A stretch of 64,000 nt of DNA from Minisyncoccota bacterium (GTDB lineage Bacteria > Patescibacteriota > Minisyncoccia > Phycocordibacterales > JAQTLZ01). The stretch's first letter is position 1, and every line of letters starts with the position of its first letter. The notes beneath the pieces are model-generated. The model did no database searches. It had not been told where the DNA came from and worked only from the letters and a program-made list of their open reading frames with translations. Positions 55,925-64,000 of the stretch are shown here, one piece after another. The stretch spans positions 65,136-129,135 of the forward strand of contig JAQTSY010000003.1 of assembly GCA_028711065.1 (NCBI GenBank). Direction: 5' to 3'. A program made the translations under genes and the position numbers.

Positions 55925-56785
55925 TTACAAATTTATCTTTGATATATTGGCACTATCTTTCAAATAAATGACGCCGTTTGAAACTCTAAAATCCGCCGTT
56001 TTCGTCGGATAAACTAAAACTGCATTTTGGGGAAATGTTGTATCAAGTTCTACCGCTTCTATGCCCTCTTTTGTTTCAAGTAACACCACATCGGTACGAC
56101 GTGGCAAAAATTCAAGATGGGATTTCGGCAAAATATTTGTATAAATAGTGGAAGTTGCGATAGTATCTGTCCCGCACAAAACGGCATGACAGAAAAAGTA
56201 AGGCATTGAATTGGTATCTCCGAGCCAGACAGCCTCTAATTGAGTTCCTGTCTCAAAAACCACAAGATTCCCATTCCGAAGAGCGTCTTCTCCGTAAGGC
56301 AGCGTAGTTGTAGCGAGAGTCTTCTTTACCAGAGGTTTTTGGAAAAGAAGCAGAGCGTCTGCATAATCAGGATTTTTTATTTTTGTGCTCGTGGCGGTTG
56401 AAGTTGAAAATTCAGGAATCACTACAGGCTCAATATTCAGAGGAATAAGAAACGGATGTCCTTCCGCAACAAATCCTTCTTTTACTTCAATATCTTTCTT
56501 CCAAGAAGAAAAATCTGCCTTTGAAACGGAAATCTCATACTTCCCTTCTGTGAGTCCATCGAGGAAAGTCCCCCTCTGAAAAATCCCACTTTTCTGCATG
56601 AGAACTCCATTCAAAGAGACGTCTGCGTTGCTTTCCGAAGCATAGACATAAATACCTCCTGTTTCGGCGACTTTCCAATCTTTGGTAATTCTGTACCCAT
56701 TGGCGTAGAAAACGAGGACAGGAATAAGCACGAAGAAAATCAGGCAAAAAGAATAGAAATAGAGCCTTCTTCTGCGAAGAGACAT
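55925..56785 (-). CDS. Membrane-anchored PEGA-like domain protein
   Basis: TM..YANGYR..TGGIYV..L.EGKYEI.VSK..W.K; start uncertain (56785 or 56794). Confidence 0.7.
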   Translation of the reverse strand: MSLRRRRLYFYSFCLIFFVLIPVLVFYANGYRITKDWKVAETGGIYVYASESNADVSLNGVLMQKSGIFQRGTFLDGLTEGKYEISVSKADFSSWKKDIEVKEGFVAEGHPFLIPLNIEPVVIPEFSTSTATSTKIKNPDYADALLLFQKPLVKKTLATTTLPYGEDALRNGNLVVFETGTQLEAVWLGDTNSMPYFFCHAVLCGTDTIATSTIYTNILPKSHLEFLPRRTDVVLLETKEGIEAVELDTTFPQNAVLVYPTKTADFRVSNGVIYLKDSANISKINL

Positions 56786-56845
56786 GTGCGGCATATAGGA
56801 GGATATTATACACAAAACCGGCTTCTTTTACAGAGACAGTATTCC

Positions 56846-58387
56846 TTAAGATTTCCTGTGTTTTGGCGTCACCCAATAGCCAAGACGGAATTTTCCGGAG
56901 AGCATCAGGCGGGTCTGCGCCTCAAGTGCCGGAATCGAACCGAACACAAGAAGTGTTGCCGGCACGAATATCCACTGGGCAAACATTGTGAGCGTTCCTC
57001 TTTTTGAATTGCCTCTTGGAGGCGGAGGAAGAAGCGAAATAGAGATGATAGCGGAGAGCAAAATTCCGAGGATACCGAGGAATGTCAAATTCCTTGAGAC
57101 ACCCGGTAAATTGTATGAAAGCAAGGTGCTATTGAAAGCTCTTCCACCGAGAAGAATGGGCGTCCAGGTGAAGAGAAAGAGAAGTATCGGGTTTGTTGCG
57201 AGAGACCACGCTCGTTCAAGCTCGATGAATGTGATGCGTACTTTTTTCCCCAAAGAAATTTTAGGATTTTTTACAAAGCCCATAAGAATATAGGGAAGAT
57301 TTTCTACACCCCAGCTCCATCGGCGCTGTTGTCTATAAACATTCTTCATAGTCTGCCAAAAAGAAGGTGCGAGATTGGCATCCATCGAGAGCGGATAAGA
57401 AATCGGTACGGCTTTGTAATTTCCATCATAAGCAAGAAATGCATTCCAAAAAATGCGAGAATCTTCGGAAACAATATTTTTCTGCCAATAGCCAATTTCT
57501 TGCAACGTCGGAAATGGAATTGAATGTGAAGAGAAAGTAGTAAGACGTTCCGGACGCTCCTGCTGGATCATCTGCCAGAAACTTCCGGATGTTGCGACGA
57601 TTCGGGACAGTGCCGGTGCATCCCACATATTATTATTATAAAAAGGAACAGGCTGATACGAAGCATGAAGCCTGTCTTCACTTGTCAGAAAATGCCACAT
57701 AAGGCAGAGGAAATAATCTGGATACGCAATAGTGTCTATGTCGAATGCAGAAACAAGAACATCCTCGTATTGAATGCCGTTCGCATCAAGAATCTTTTTT
57801 CTCGCTTCTTCAGCTGCGTAAGCGATGTTCGAGCCTTTTCCATCCATCTCTCCTAAAATACCGCTTGGGTGGACAGTGATAAGAAAATAACCGAATTCTC
57901 TTCCATACAAACTTCTGATTTTTTCTGCAATGGTGAGAGCACTCTCCCCCGCTCGCGCCTCAACCGCAAGAACAACCGCCATTTTCTTTTTATTCCCCCG
58001 CGCAGAGAGAAGGGATTTAATATTTGTCTCTACGATTTCATATGATTCTTTGTAGAATGGCAAAATAACAAGATGAACAATACGCGTATATTTAAGAGGC
58101 GCAAGCATTTCTTCCCAATCCATTCCCAAAGATTTTTTGATATGGCGCCAATTTTGGTAGAGATGAAGCGAGAGATAGGCGCTTTTCAAAACCCAATACA
58201 AATTGAAGACAATGATAAAAAGTGCTGCATAAAAAGGCGCGAGATAAGAAAGCAAAAGCGCGCCAAAGAGCGTAGCCCACGCCAAAAATCCAGGGAGAAT
58301 TTCAAAAAAGCGATAGATACGAAAATCTTTTCCCGTAAGATCCTTTGCCTGCCCTGCTGTGTAATAGGGTGTCCGAATGTATTCCAT
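56846..58387 (-). CDS. Glycosyltransferase family 2, processive membrane type
   Basis: ILPFYKE, GKGSN, FDID, SEDS, QQRRW, flanking TM helices. Confidence 0.88.
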   Translation of the reverse strand: MEYIRTPYYTAGQAKDLTGKDFRIYRFFEILPGFLAWATLFGALLLSYLAPFYAALFIIVFNLYWVLKSAYLSLHLYQNWRHIKKSLGMDWEEMLAPLKYTRIVHLVILPFYKESYEIVETNIKSLLSARGNKKKMAVVLAVEARAGESALTIAEKIRSLYGREFGYFLITVHPSGILGEMDGKGSNIAYAAEEARKKILDANGIQYEDVLVSAFDIDTIAYPDYFLCLMWHFLTSEDRLHASYQPVPFYNNNMWDAPALSRIVATSGSFWQMIQQERPERLTTFSSHSIPFPTLQEIGYWQKNIVSEDSRIFWNAFLAYDGNYKAVPISYPLSMDANLAPSFWQTMKNVYRQQRRWSWGVENLPYILMGFVKNPKISLGKKVRITFIELERAWSLATNPILLFLFTWTPILLGGRAFNSTLLSYNLPGVSRNLTFLGILGILLSAIISISLLPPPPRGNSKRGTLTMFAQWIFVPATLLVFGSIPALEAQTRLMLSGKFRLGYWVTPKHRKS

Positions 58388-58414
58388 AAAGTCTGCTTCT
58401 TTTACGAAGCTATT

Positions 58415-58490
58415 TGGAGCCGCCCCCCAGGATCGAACTGGGGACCTACTGTTTACAAAACAGTTGCTCTACCGGCTGAGCTAGGGCGGC
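58415..58490 (-). tRNA. tRNA-Thr(UGU)
   Basis: GCCGCCC acceptor, ACTGT-TTTGTAA-ACAGT anticodon arm, GTTCGATC T-loop, encoded CCA. Confidence 0.95.
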
Positions 58491-58507
58491 GTGTTATTGG
58501 ATAATCA

Positions 58508-58630
58508 CAGATTTACAAAACTGGCCACTATTGCCTGCTTCATTTCATTCAGCAACGGCAATTTCGATTACGAACCTCCTGAAACGAAAAGCAGTTTTCG
58601 TTTCAGCCCCACCGACTTCACTAGGCCGGC
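58508..58630 (-). pseudogene. Degenerate partial tRNA-Thr-like copy interrupted by hairpins
   Basis: GCCGGCCTAG..AGTCGGTGGGGC and CAGTTTTGTAAATCTG resemble the adjacent tRNA 5' half, separated by about 80 nt. Confidence 0.4.
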
Positions 58631-58651
58631 ATAAAAAGGGACTTCTATATA

Positions 58652-59038
58652 TTACATTTTTTTGTCTCCTCCGCCAGTTTTTTTATCCCGAGAAATATCT
58701 TTAAGAAAAATGGAGACTTCCCCATCACTTTTTTTTACTGCGCCCGTCTTAAGCGAGTGGAAAAAACCATTCCACTTTTGAATAAGACTTTGCCTTATGT
58801 GAACGGCGGCTTCTACCACTCCGCTGAAAAATATCTTAAAAAACTTTCTCACCGTTCCCTTCTCGAACATATGAGAGTGGCTTTTTACAGCCGAAATATT
58901 CTCTGACACTACTGCATCCATTTTTCCTCGGATTTTCGAGAATGCCGTCTCGCTTCGAGACATTTCATAAAGCTTGTGCCCGATAAGCACTGCGATGAGC
59001 ACAAACGATACAATGAATGATGTAAGTGCAAGAGTCAT
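58652..59038 (-). CDS. Hypothetical single-TM protein
   Basis: N-terminal hydrophobic helix; start at MTLALT. Confidence 0.65.
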   Translation of the reverse strand: MTLALTSFIVSFVLIAVLIGHKLYEMSRSETAFSKIRGKMDAVVSENISAVKSHSHMFEKGTVRKFFKIFFSGVVEAAVHIRQSLIQKWNGFFHSLKTGAVKKSDGEVSIFLKDISRDKKTGGGDKKM

Positions 59039-59051
59039 TTTGTATAAGAAC

Positions 59052-59639
59052 TTACTTCTCGAGAGAGCCGAACCGCACAAATCGCACAATTTCTGTCTTC
59101 TCGCCGAACTTCTGGATCGCTGCCTGAACAAGCCCGTTTACAGTTACTTCGGGATTTTTGATGAATGGCTGTTCAAGAAGAATTTTGTCTTTGAAGTATG
59201 CGTTTATCTTTCCTTCAAGAATCTTTGCTTGCATGTCTTTCGGTTTTCCAACCACTTCTTTTTCAAAAATCTCGATCGCCTTCTTTTTCATATCTTCGGA
59301 GATATCTTCTTTCTTAAGAAATTCTGGATTCATCGCCGCAGCATGCATAGCAATGTCATACGCAAGAGCTTTAAACTCTTCGTTCTTTGCTACGAAATCT
59401 GTCTCGCAAGAAAGTTCGACGAGGGCGCCGACTTTGCCATTGCTATGAACGTATGAAGAGATAATGCTTGCCCCAAGGCTTCGATCAGCTTTCTTGGCTG
59501 CAATATCGCCTCCTTTTTTCTTGAGAATAATGAGAGCCTTTTCTTTGTCGCCTCCCGCTTCTTCGAGAGCCTTTCGGCACTGCATAATAGAAATACCTGT
59601 TTCGTCTCGAAGCGCTTTGATTTGTTCGGTGGTAATCAT
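59052..59639 (-). CDS. tsf: Elongation factor Ts (short form)
   Basis: LRDETG..C.KAL, VELSCETDFVAKN, LLEQPFIK. Confidence 0.97.
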   Translation of the reverse strand: MITTEQIKALRDETGISIMQCRKALEEAGGDKEKALIILKKKGGDIAAKKADRSLGASIISSYVHSNGKVGALVELSCETDFVAKNEEFKALAYDIAMHAAAMNPEFLKKEDISEDMKKKAIEIFEKEVVGKPKDMQAKILEGKINAYFKDKILLEQPFIKNPEVTVNGLVQAAIQKFGEKTEIVRFVRFGSLEK

Positions 59640-59689
59640 GATAAAAAACTATAAAAATCTCAAAGAACAAAGTTCTTTGGAGAAAACTA

Positions 59690-60397
59690 TTAAGCAGTCT
59701 TAACCGAAGCTTTGCCTTCCTGGTAGGCCTTCACAATTTGGTCTACGAAAAATCGAATACTAGCGAGTGAAGCGTCATTACCGACGATAGCATGATCTAC
59801 TTCAGAAATATCACAGTCAGAACCGAGAAGAGCGATAACGGGAATGTTCATTTTCTTTGCTTCATCTACCGCAATCTTTTCTTTTCTTGAATCAATCACA
59901 AATACAGCCTGTGGCATTCCTTTCAAAAGGACGAGTCCGGAGAAAAAGAGGTTGAGTTTCGTGATCTCTCGGTCAATGAGAAGTCGTTCCTTCTTTGTGT
60001 ATTTTGAAAGCTCCCCCTTCTCTCTTTGATCCATAAGAGTGAGCATCTTGTCGATTCGACTTCGAATTTGTCCGAAGTTCGTAAGAGTTCCTCCGATCCA
60101 TCGTCCAGCAACGTAAGGCATATTGATAGCCAAAGCGCCGTTTTTCATTGTGTCTCGTGATTCTGGCTTGCCTCCGACAAAAAGGATCTGTTTTCCTTCA
60201 GCACCGAGAGTTTTCACGAACATCTTCGCCTTCTCCAAAAGATCAGATGTTTTCTCCAAATCAAAGATTTCAACCTTGTTTTTAGCCCCGAAAATATAAG
60301 ATTTTACTGAAGGATGTCGGCGTGATTTTGAGTAGGCAAAATGAGCGCCCGCTTTAAAAAGGCCGTCAATAACCGCGCTGTTTTTGGTATCTGTCAT
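59690..60397 (-). CDS. rpsB: 30S ribosomal protein S2
   Basis: AGAHF, RWIGGTLTNF, GNDAS. Confidence 0.97.
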   Translation of the reverse strand: MTDTKNSAVIDGLFKAGAHFAYSKSRRHPSVKSYIFGAKNKVEIFDLEKTSDLLEKAKMFVKTLGAEGKQILFVGGKPESRDTMKNGALAINMPYVAGRWIGGTLTNFGQIRSRIDKMLTLMDQREKGELSKYTKKERLLIDREITKLNLFFSGLVLLKGMPQAVFVIDSRKEKIAVDEAKKMNIPVIALLGSDCDISEVDHAIVGNDASLASIRFFVDQIVKAYQEGKASVKTA

Positions 60398-60435
60398 GGA
60401 TGAAAAGTCTAGCAGATTAGGTATGAAAAGGCAAA

Positions 60436-61404
60436 TTATCCCTCATCATCTTCATTTCCGATTTCCCCTTTATTCATAGCCTCCGCAATAGGCTCAAATT
60501 CGCCTGTCATAATTTTTTCGAGACTGTACCAAGACTTCTTTAGACGATGGTCGGTAATGCGATTTTGCGGGTAATTGTAGGTACGGATTTTTTCGGAACG
60601 GTCGGCAGTGCCGATCTGATTTTTGCGATTTGCGGAGTACTTTTTTGCATCTTGTTCTTCCTGAAGCATCTCGAGCTTTGCGATAAGCATCGACATCGCC
60701 TTTTCTCGGTTTCTCCCCTGACTTCTCTCGTTGGTGCATTTCACCTCAAGTCCAGTCGGTTTGTGGACGAGACGGACCGCGGTCTCCACTTTATTCACGT
60801 TCTGTCCTCCCTTCCCGCCGGATTTTGAAAATTCCATCTCAATGTCTGTCGGATTTATAATTACTTTTGATTTCTTGCGAATCGGGAGCACTGCAACCGA
60901 CGCAGTCGAAGTATGCACTCGTCCCATTTTTTCGGTCGCAGGAACTCGCTGGACTCGGTGTACCCCCGTCTCAAATCGCATGGTTTTGTACACTTCACGA
61001 CCGCGAATTTCAAACGTTGCTTCTTTATAGCCCCCAAGCGCAGTTCTTGATTCATCGAGAAGGACAAAGACCCAACCCTTCGATTCAGCATATTTTTTAT
61101 ACATATTTGCCAATTCCTCTGCAAAAAGAGAGGCTTCATCTCCCCCGGCTCCCGCACGCACTTCTAACACAACCTCGTTCGGAAATTCTTCTTCCACTTT
61201 TTCTCCCTCAATAATCTCATTCATCTGCTTCAAAAGGTTTTCTTTCTGCTCTTTCAAGCTTTTCAAATCATCTTCGGCGAGATCTTTATAGGACGGATCT
61301 TTTTCAATCATAGCCAAAAGGCTCGCCTCTTCTTTATCGAGACGTTCATATTCAGAAGCCAAAAAGCTTGTCTTATGATTTTCTTTGTAGAGCGTTAAAT
61401 CCAT
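60436..61404 (-). CDS. prfA: Peptide chain release factor 1
   Basis: [12 protein letters not shown] (PxT), [16 protein letters not shown]. Confidence 0.95.
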   Translation of the reverse strand: MDLTLYKENHKTSFLASEYERLDKEEASLLAMIEKDPSYKDLAEDDLKSLKEQKENLLKQMNEIIEGEKVEEEFPNEVVLEVRAGAGGDEASLFAEELANMYKKYAESKGWVFVLLDESRTALGGYKEATFEIRGREVYKTMRFETGVHRVQRVPATEKMGRVHTSTASVAVLPIRKKSKVIINPTDIEMEFSKSGGKGGQNVNKVETAVRLVHKPTGLEVKCTNERSQGRNREKAMSMLIAKLEMLQEEQDAKKYSANRKNQIGTADRSEKIRTYNYPQNRITDHRLKKSWYSLEKIMTGEFEPIAEAMNKGEIGNEDDEG

Positions 61405-61429
61405 TGTGATAATTTTACCTTAAAGGAAC

Positions 61430-61468
61430 GAAAAAATCCGCGAGTCAAAAGACCCTCGGATTTTTTCA
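61430..61468 (-). terminator. Terminator after rpmE
   Basis: GAAAAAATCCG..CGGATTTTTTC. Confidence 0.65.
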
Positions 61469-61480
61469 CTTTGTATTGGG

Positions 61481-61720
61481 TTATTTAGCTGAAGCTTTCG
61501 CTTTCTTCTTAGGTTCTACAGCCTTTGCCTTTCGAGCTTTGAATCGCTCTACTCGCCCTGCAGTGTCGATGATTTTTTCAGATCCTGAATAGAAAGGGTG
61601 GCAAGCAGAACAGATTTCAACTTCAAAAGTCTCTCGGGTTGAACCGACAGTATAGGTCTTGCCACAGGCGCATTTTACCTTAGCGTTTGGGAAGTATGTT
61701 GGGTGAATTTCCTTTTGCAT
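61481..61720 (-). CDS. rpmE: 50S ribosomal protein L31
   Basis: M.KEIHP.Y, CACG, EICSACHPFY.G, DTAGRVERF. Confidence 0.96.
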   Translation of the reverse strand: MQKEIHPTYFPNAKVKCACGKTYTVGSTRETFEVEICSACHPFYSGSEKIIDTAGRVERFKARKAKAVEPKKKAKASAK

Positions 61721-61806
61721 AGCTCGCACAATATAACAAGAAAGAGCTTTTTTAGCAATAGGCAGAAAAAACTGCCGGATTTTGGTCCGACAGTCAGGCT
61801 TTTGGC

Positions 61807-62457
61807 TCACCCATTCTTTCCAAATATTACTGGCTGGGCGATGGTTGCTAAAAACACAGCATCCTCATCTGCCTTATGAGGATGTAGTCGGCAATCTCTG
61901 ACACCCAACATCTCGTATCGGCCTAGCGCATATTTCCGAAATCGAGACATTGTTCTCTGCGACGCCCATTTAAACAAAGGCGAATTTTGATACTGTCCGA
62001 GCAGTTCACTTAAGTGTACTTGATCAAATTCTTTGTCTGTAAGCCAAAGAATTTGACGATCCTGCCGAAGACTTTCGAGCCGAGAGATAAGGCGATCTCG
62101 CACAACCTCCCTATCTTGGCAAGAATTCTTCATAAATTCCAAAACATACAGGGGATCGAACCTCTGATGCGATGGATCGAGGCGATCATCAACCGCCCGC
62201 ATGCTTCGGACAAACCCACGCGCCGTCGCAAGGCATTTAAGTTCCGAACACCCGATTCTCATGGCGTTCATCTCGTATGCCATAGATACTGGCTTCATTT
62301 CTTCATAAAAGACCAGATCTCTGTCGAAATATTCTCGGAAGGCAAGCTTCTCTTCACTCACCACGCATGCCCCGATTGAAAGGGGGCTATGAAGACGAGT
62401 GTCTAATCCTGCTGCTTCAAAATCGCAGGTAACATAGACAACACTCCGATCTGTCAT
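61807..62457 (-). CDS. DEDDh-like 3'-5' exonuclease-fold protein
   Basis: CDFEAAG..LSIGA, FD, HKADEDA; SD AAAGGAGG before ATG 62457. Confidence 0.65.
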   Translation of the reverse strand: MTDRSVVYVTCDFEAAGLDTRLHSPLSIGACVVSEEKLAFREYFDRDLVFYEEMKPVSMAYEMNAMRIGCSELKCLATARGFVRSMRAVDDRLDPSHQRFDPLYVLEFMKNSCQDREVVRDRLISRLESLRQDRQILWLTDKEFDQVHLSELLGQYQNSPLFKWASQRTMSRFRKYALGRYEMLGVRDCRLHPHKADEDAVFLATIAQPVIFGKNG

Positions 62458-62537
62458 CGGTCCTCCTTTCTCCCACGTGGGGAATCTGTTTTCTCTTTCT
62501 ACTATAACACAATGCAGTTCACGAAACCTCAAAAAAA

Positions 62538-63929
62538 CTAAAGATTTTGCAAAGGATCAATCATGTTCTCCTGAATACTTGCTGCTTTTGCCATAACTTG
62601 CGCGCCGTAGCTTTTTGCGTAAGAAGTAATACAACCCGAACCTGAATAATATTTGCAGGCGGCGTTCATTTCGCCCGTGTAGCTTCCATTTCTTGCCCCA
62701 AGATCAGTGAGATACAGTGCGGATGCGGTAAATGCGTCTTTTGGATCCCAAGGATTCGGCGACGAATCCCCTGTTACGCCCGCGATACGATTCGCAAATA
62801 ATGTCCATGTTGAGGGAATGAATTGCGCCGGACCCATCGCTCCTCCCCATCCGATTGGGCTATGTTTCTTATCATAAATCGGTTGCCAACAAGAGACGCG
62901 CGTCGTCGCAAAATCAAGCCCGAGACCTTTCGTTATACTAAGGAAAATAGGAACATCGCGAGTAGGGTGCATGACGCGAGATTGCGGAGTCCTTGTGTTT
63001 GCACCTATCCCATTCCCCGTCGTCGTGTCAGTGAGGAAACATGAGCCGACATTTTGGCCAAGATTCGATTCTTGCGTGAGGATGGCGAGAAGAAATGCGG
63101 GACGGATTCCGGTTTTCCCCGATATAAATGTCGCGTATTCAAGTGCAGTACCAAAAGGAATCGCGGAAGTATCTCGCAGGGAGAATAGAGCGCTTCGGAT
63201 TTCAGCCGCTCGTTTCTGCCTTTCCGCAACCGCAAGCGCATAATTTTTCTCTTGAGATTTCGTAACAGTAAGCAGGTCTTTCTTTTGTTTTTCTGTCAGC
63301 TCCACTTGGCGTTTTTGAGCTTCAAGCAGCGCTTTCGCGTCAGCTTCCGCTTGGCTTTTCTCTTCAAGAGATTGCTTTTCTGTTTCGGTGGTCTGCTTTT
63401 GGTCGCTTATTTCAAAATAGAGATCTCGAAGCGAACTTTTTATGGTGTCAAAATCATTGATGTCAGATACGAAATCAGAAATGGTTTGGTCGTTGAGAAC
63501 CATTTCTACTAGAGAATTATTTTCCGTCTGATCTGTTTTCCGGATAAGATCGGCGAGTGATTCCTTATTTTTTGCTATGCGATCTTCGAGAGCAGAAATG
63601 GTATCGGACTTTATTCCGATATCGGTGCTTAATTGCTGGAGAATGATGTCACTTGCTTTGATGTTTAATTTCGCTTTATCGATCTTTCCATTCAAAAGTG
63701 CGACATCTCTCTGAAGTGATGCGGATTCGCCATGTTTTGCATCGAGAAGGGCCTGCTTTTGTGCGATTTCTATTGTGAGCGCCGCAAGTTCCGCCTTCAG
63801 CGCGTCCTCGCGTTTTTGTACGGCATCGGCAGTCAAATCAGCCCTAACCAAAAGAGGAGTAGAGACAGAAAAGACTCCTAGAAAGAGGAGCGCAACTAAA
63901 AAGAAAATACCGATTCTTCTCGAGAACAT
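62538..63929 (-). CDS. Coiled-coil plus lytic transglycosylase domain protein
   Basis: Signal peptide, long coiled coil, LAILTQESNLG, GAMGPAQFIPSTW, DA..ASA.YL. Confidence 0.85.
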   Translation of the reverse strand: MFSRRIGIFFLVALLFLGVFSVSTPLLVRADLTADAVQKREDALKAELAALTIEIAQKQALLDAKHGESASLQRDVALLNGKIDKAKLNIKASDIILQQLSTDIGIKSDTISALEDRIAKNKESLADLIRKTDQTENNSLVEMVLNDQTISDFVSDINDFDTIKSSLRDLYFEISDQKQTTETEKQSLEEKSQAEADAKALLEAQKRQVELTEKQKKDLLTVTKSQEKNYALAVAERQKRAAEIRSALFSLRDTSAIPFGTALEYATFISGKTGIRPAFLLAILTQESNLGQNVGSCFLTDTTTGNGIGANTRTPQSRVMHPTRDVPIFLSITKGLGLDFATTRVSCWQPIYDKKHSPIGWGGAMGPAQFIPSTWTLFANRIAGVTGDSSPNPWDPKDAFTASALYLTDLGARNGSYTGEMNAACKYYSGSGCITSYAKSYGAQVMAKAASIQENMIDPLQNL

Positions 63930-63955
63930 TGTTCAATTTTAGCATATTTAAAGAA

Positions 63956-63985
63956 AAAGCCCCGCCCTTTGAAGGGCGGGGCTTT
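63956..63985. terminator. Hairpin/terminator
   Basis: AAAGCCCCGCCCTT TG AAGGGCGGGGCTTT. Confidence 0.7.
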
Positions 63986-64000
63986 AAAGAATTTGTATTA

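Overview
This is a core-genome region of a small-genome bacterium. Gene content and protein style point to Patescibacteria/CPR, Parcubacteria-like (inference), and TGA is used as a stop codon. Housekeeping genes are mostly on the minus strand: rpoD-dnaG-rpoC-rpoB, trmD, khpA, rpsP, rnr, smc-rnc-nusB-rpmF-rnhB, dnaE, thrS, gyrB, pheT/pheS, tRNA-Thr, tsf-rpsB-prfA-rpmE. Single accessory genes are scattered between them. The most interesting signals are not in the ORF track. (1) There are three complete leader-peptide attenuators: a Lys-rich leader before dapA, a His/Ile-rich leader before a SLOG/LOG gene, and an Ile/Pro-rich leader before a PRTase-like gene; the last two are in series. (2) Short palindromic elements are inserted in frame in trmD, rnr and pheT, and larger foldback elements lie between genes. 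(3) Many core genes appear leaderless, while orphan genes carry strong Shine-Dalgarno sites. (4) The SMC protein has no hinge, and NusB is fused to a Nudix domain. (5) There is a sortase with an adjacent VPYTG substrate, a phased DnaA-box array upstream of gyrB, and a degenerate interrupted tRNA-Thr copy. All calls come from reading motifs and pairing bases by eye; no searches or folding programs were run.
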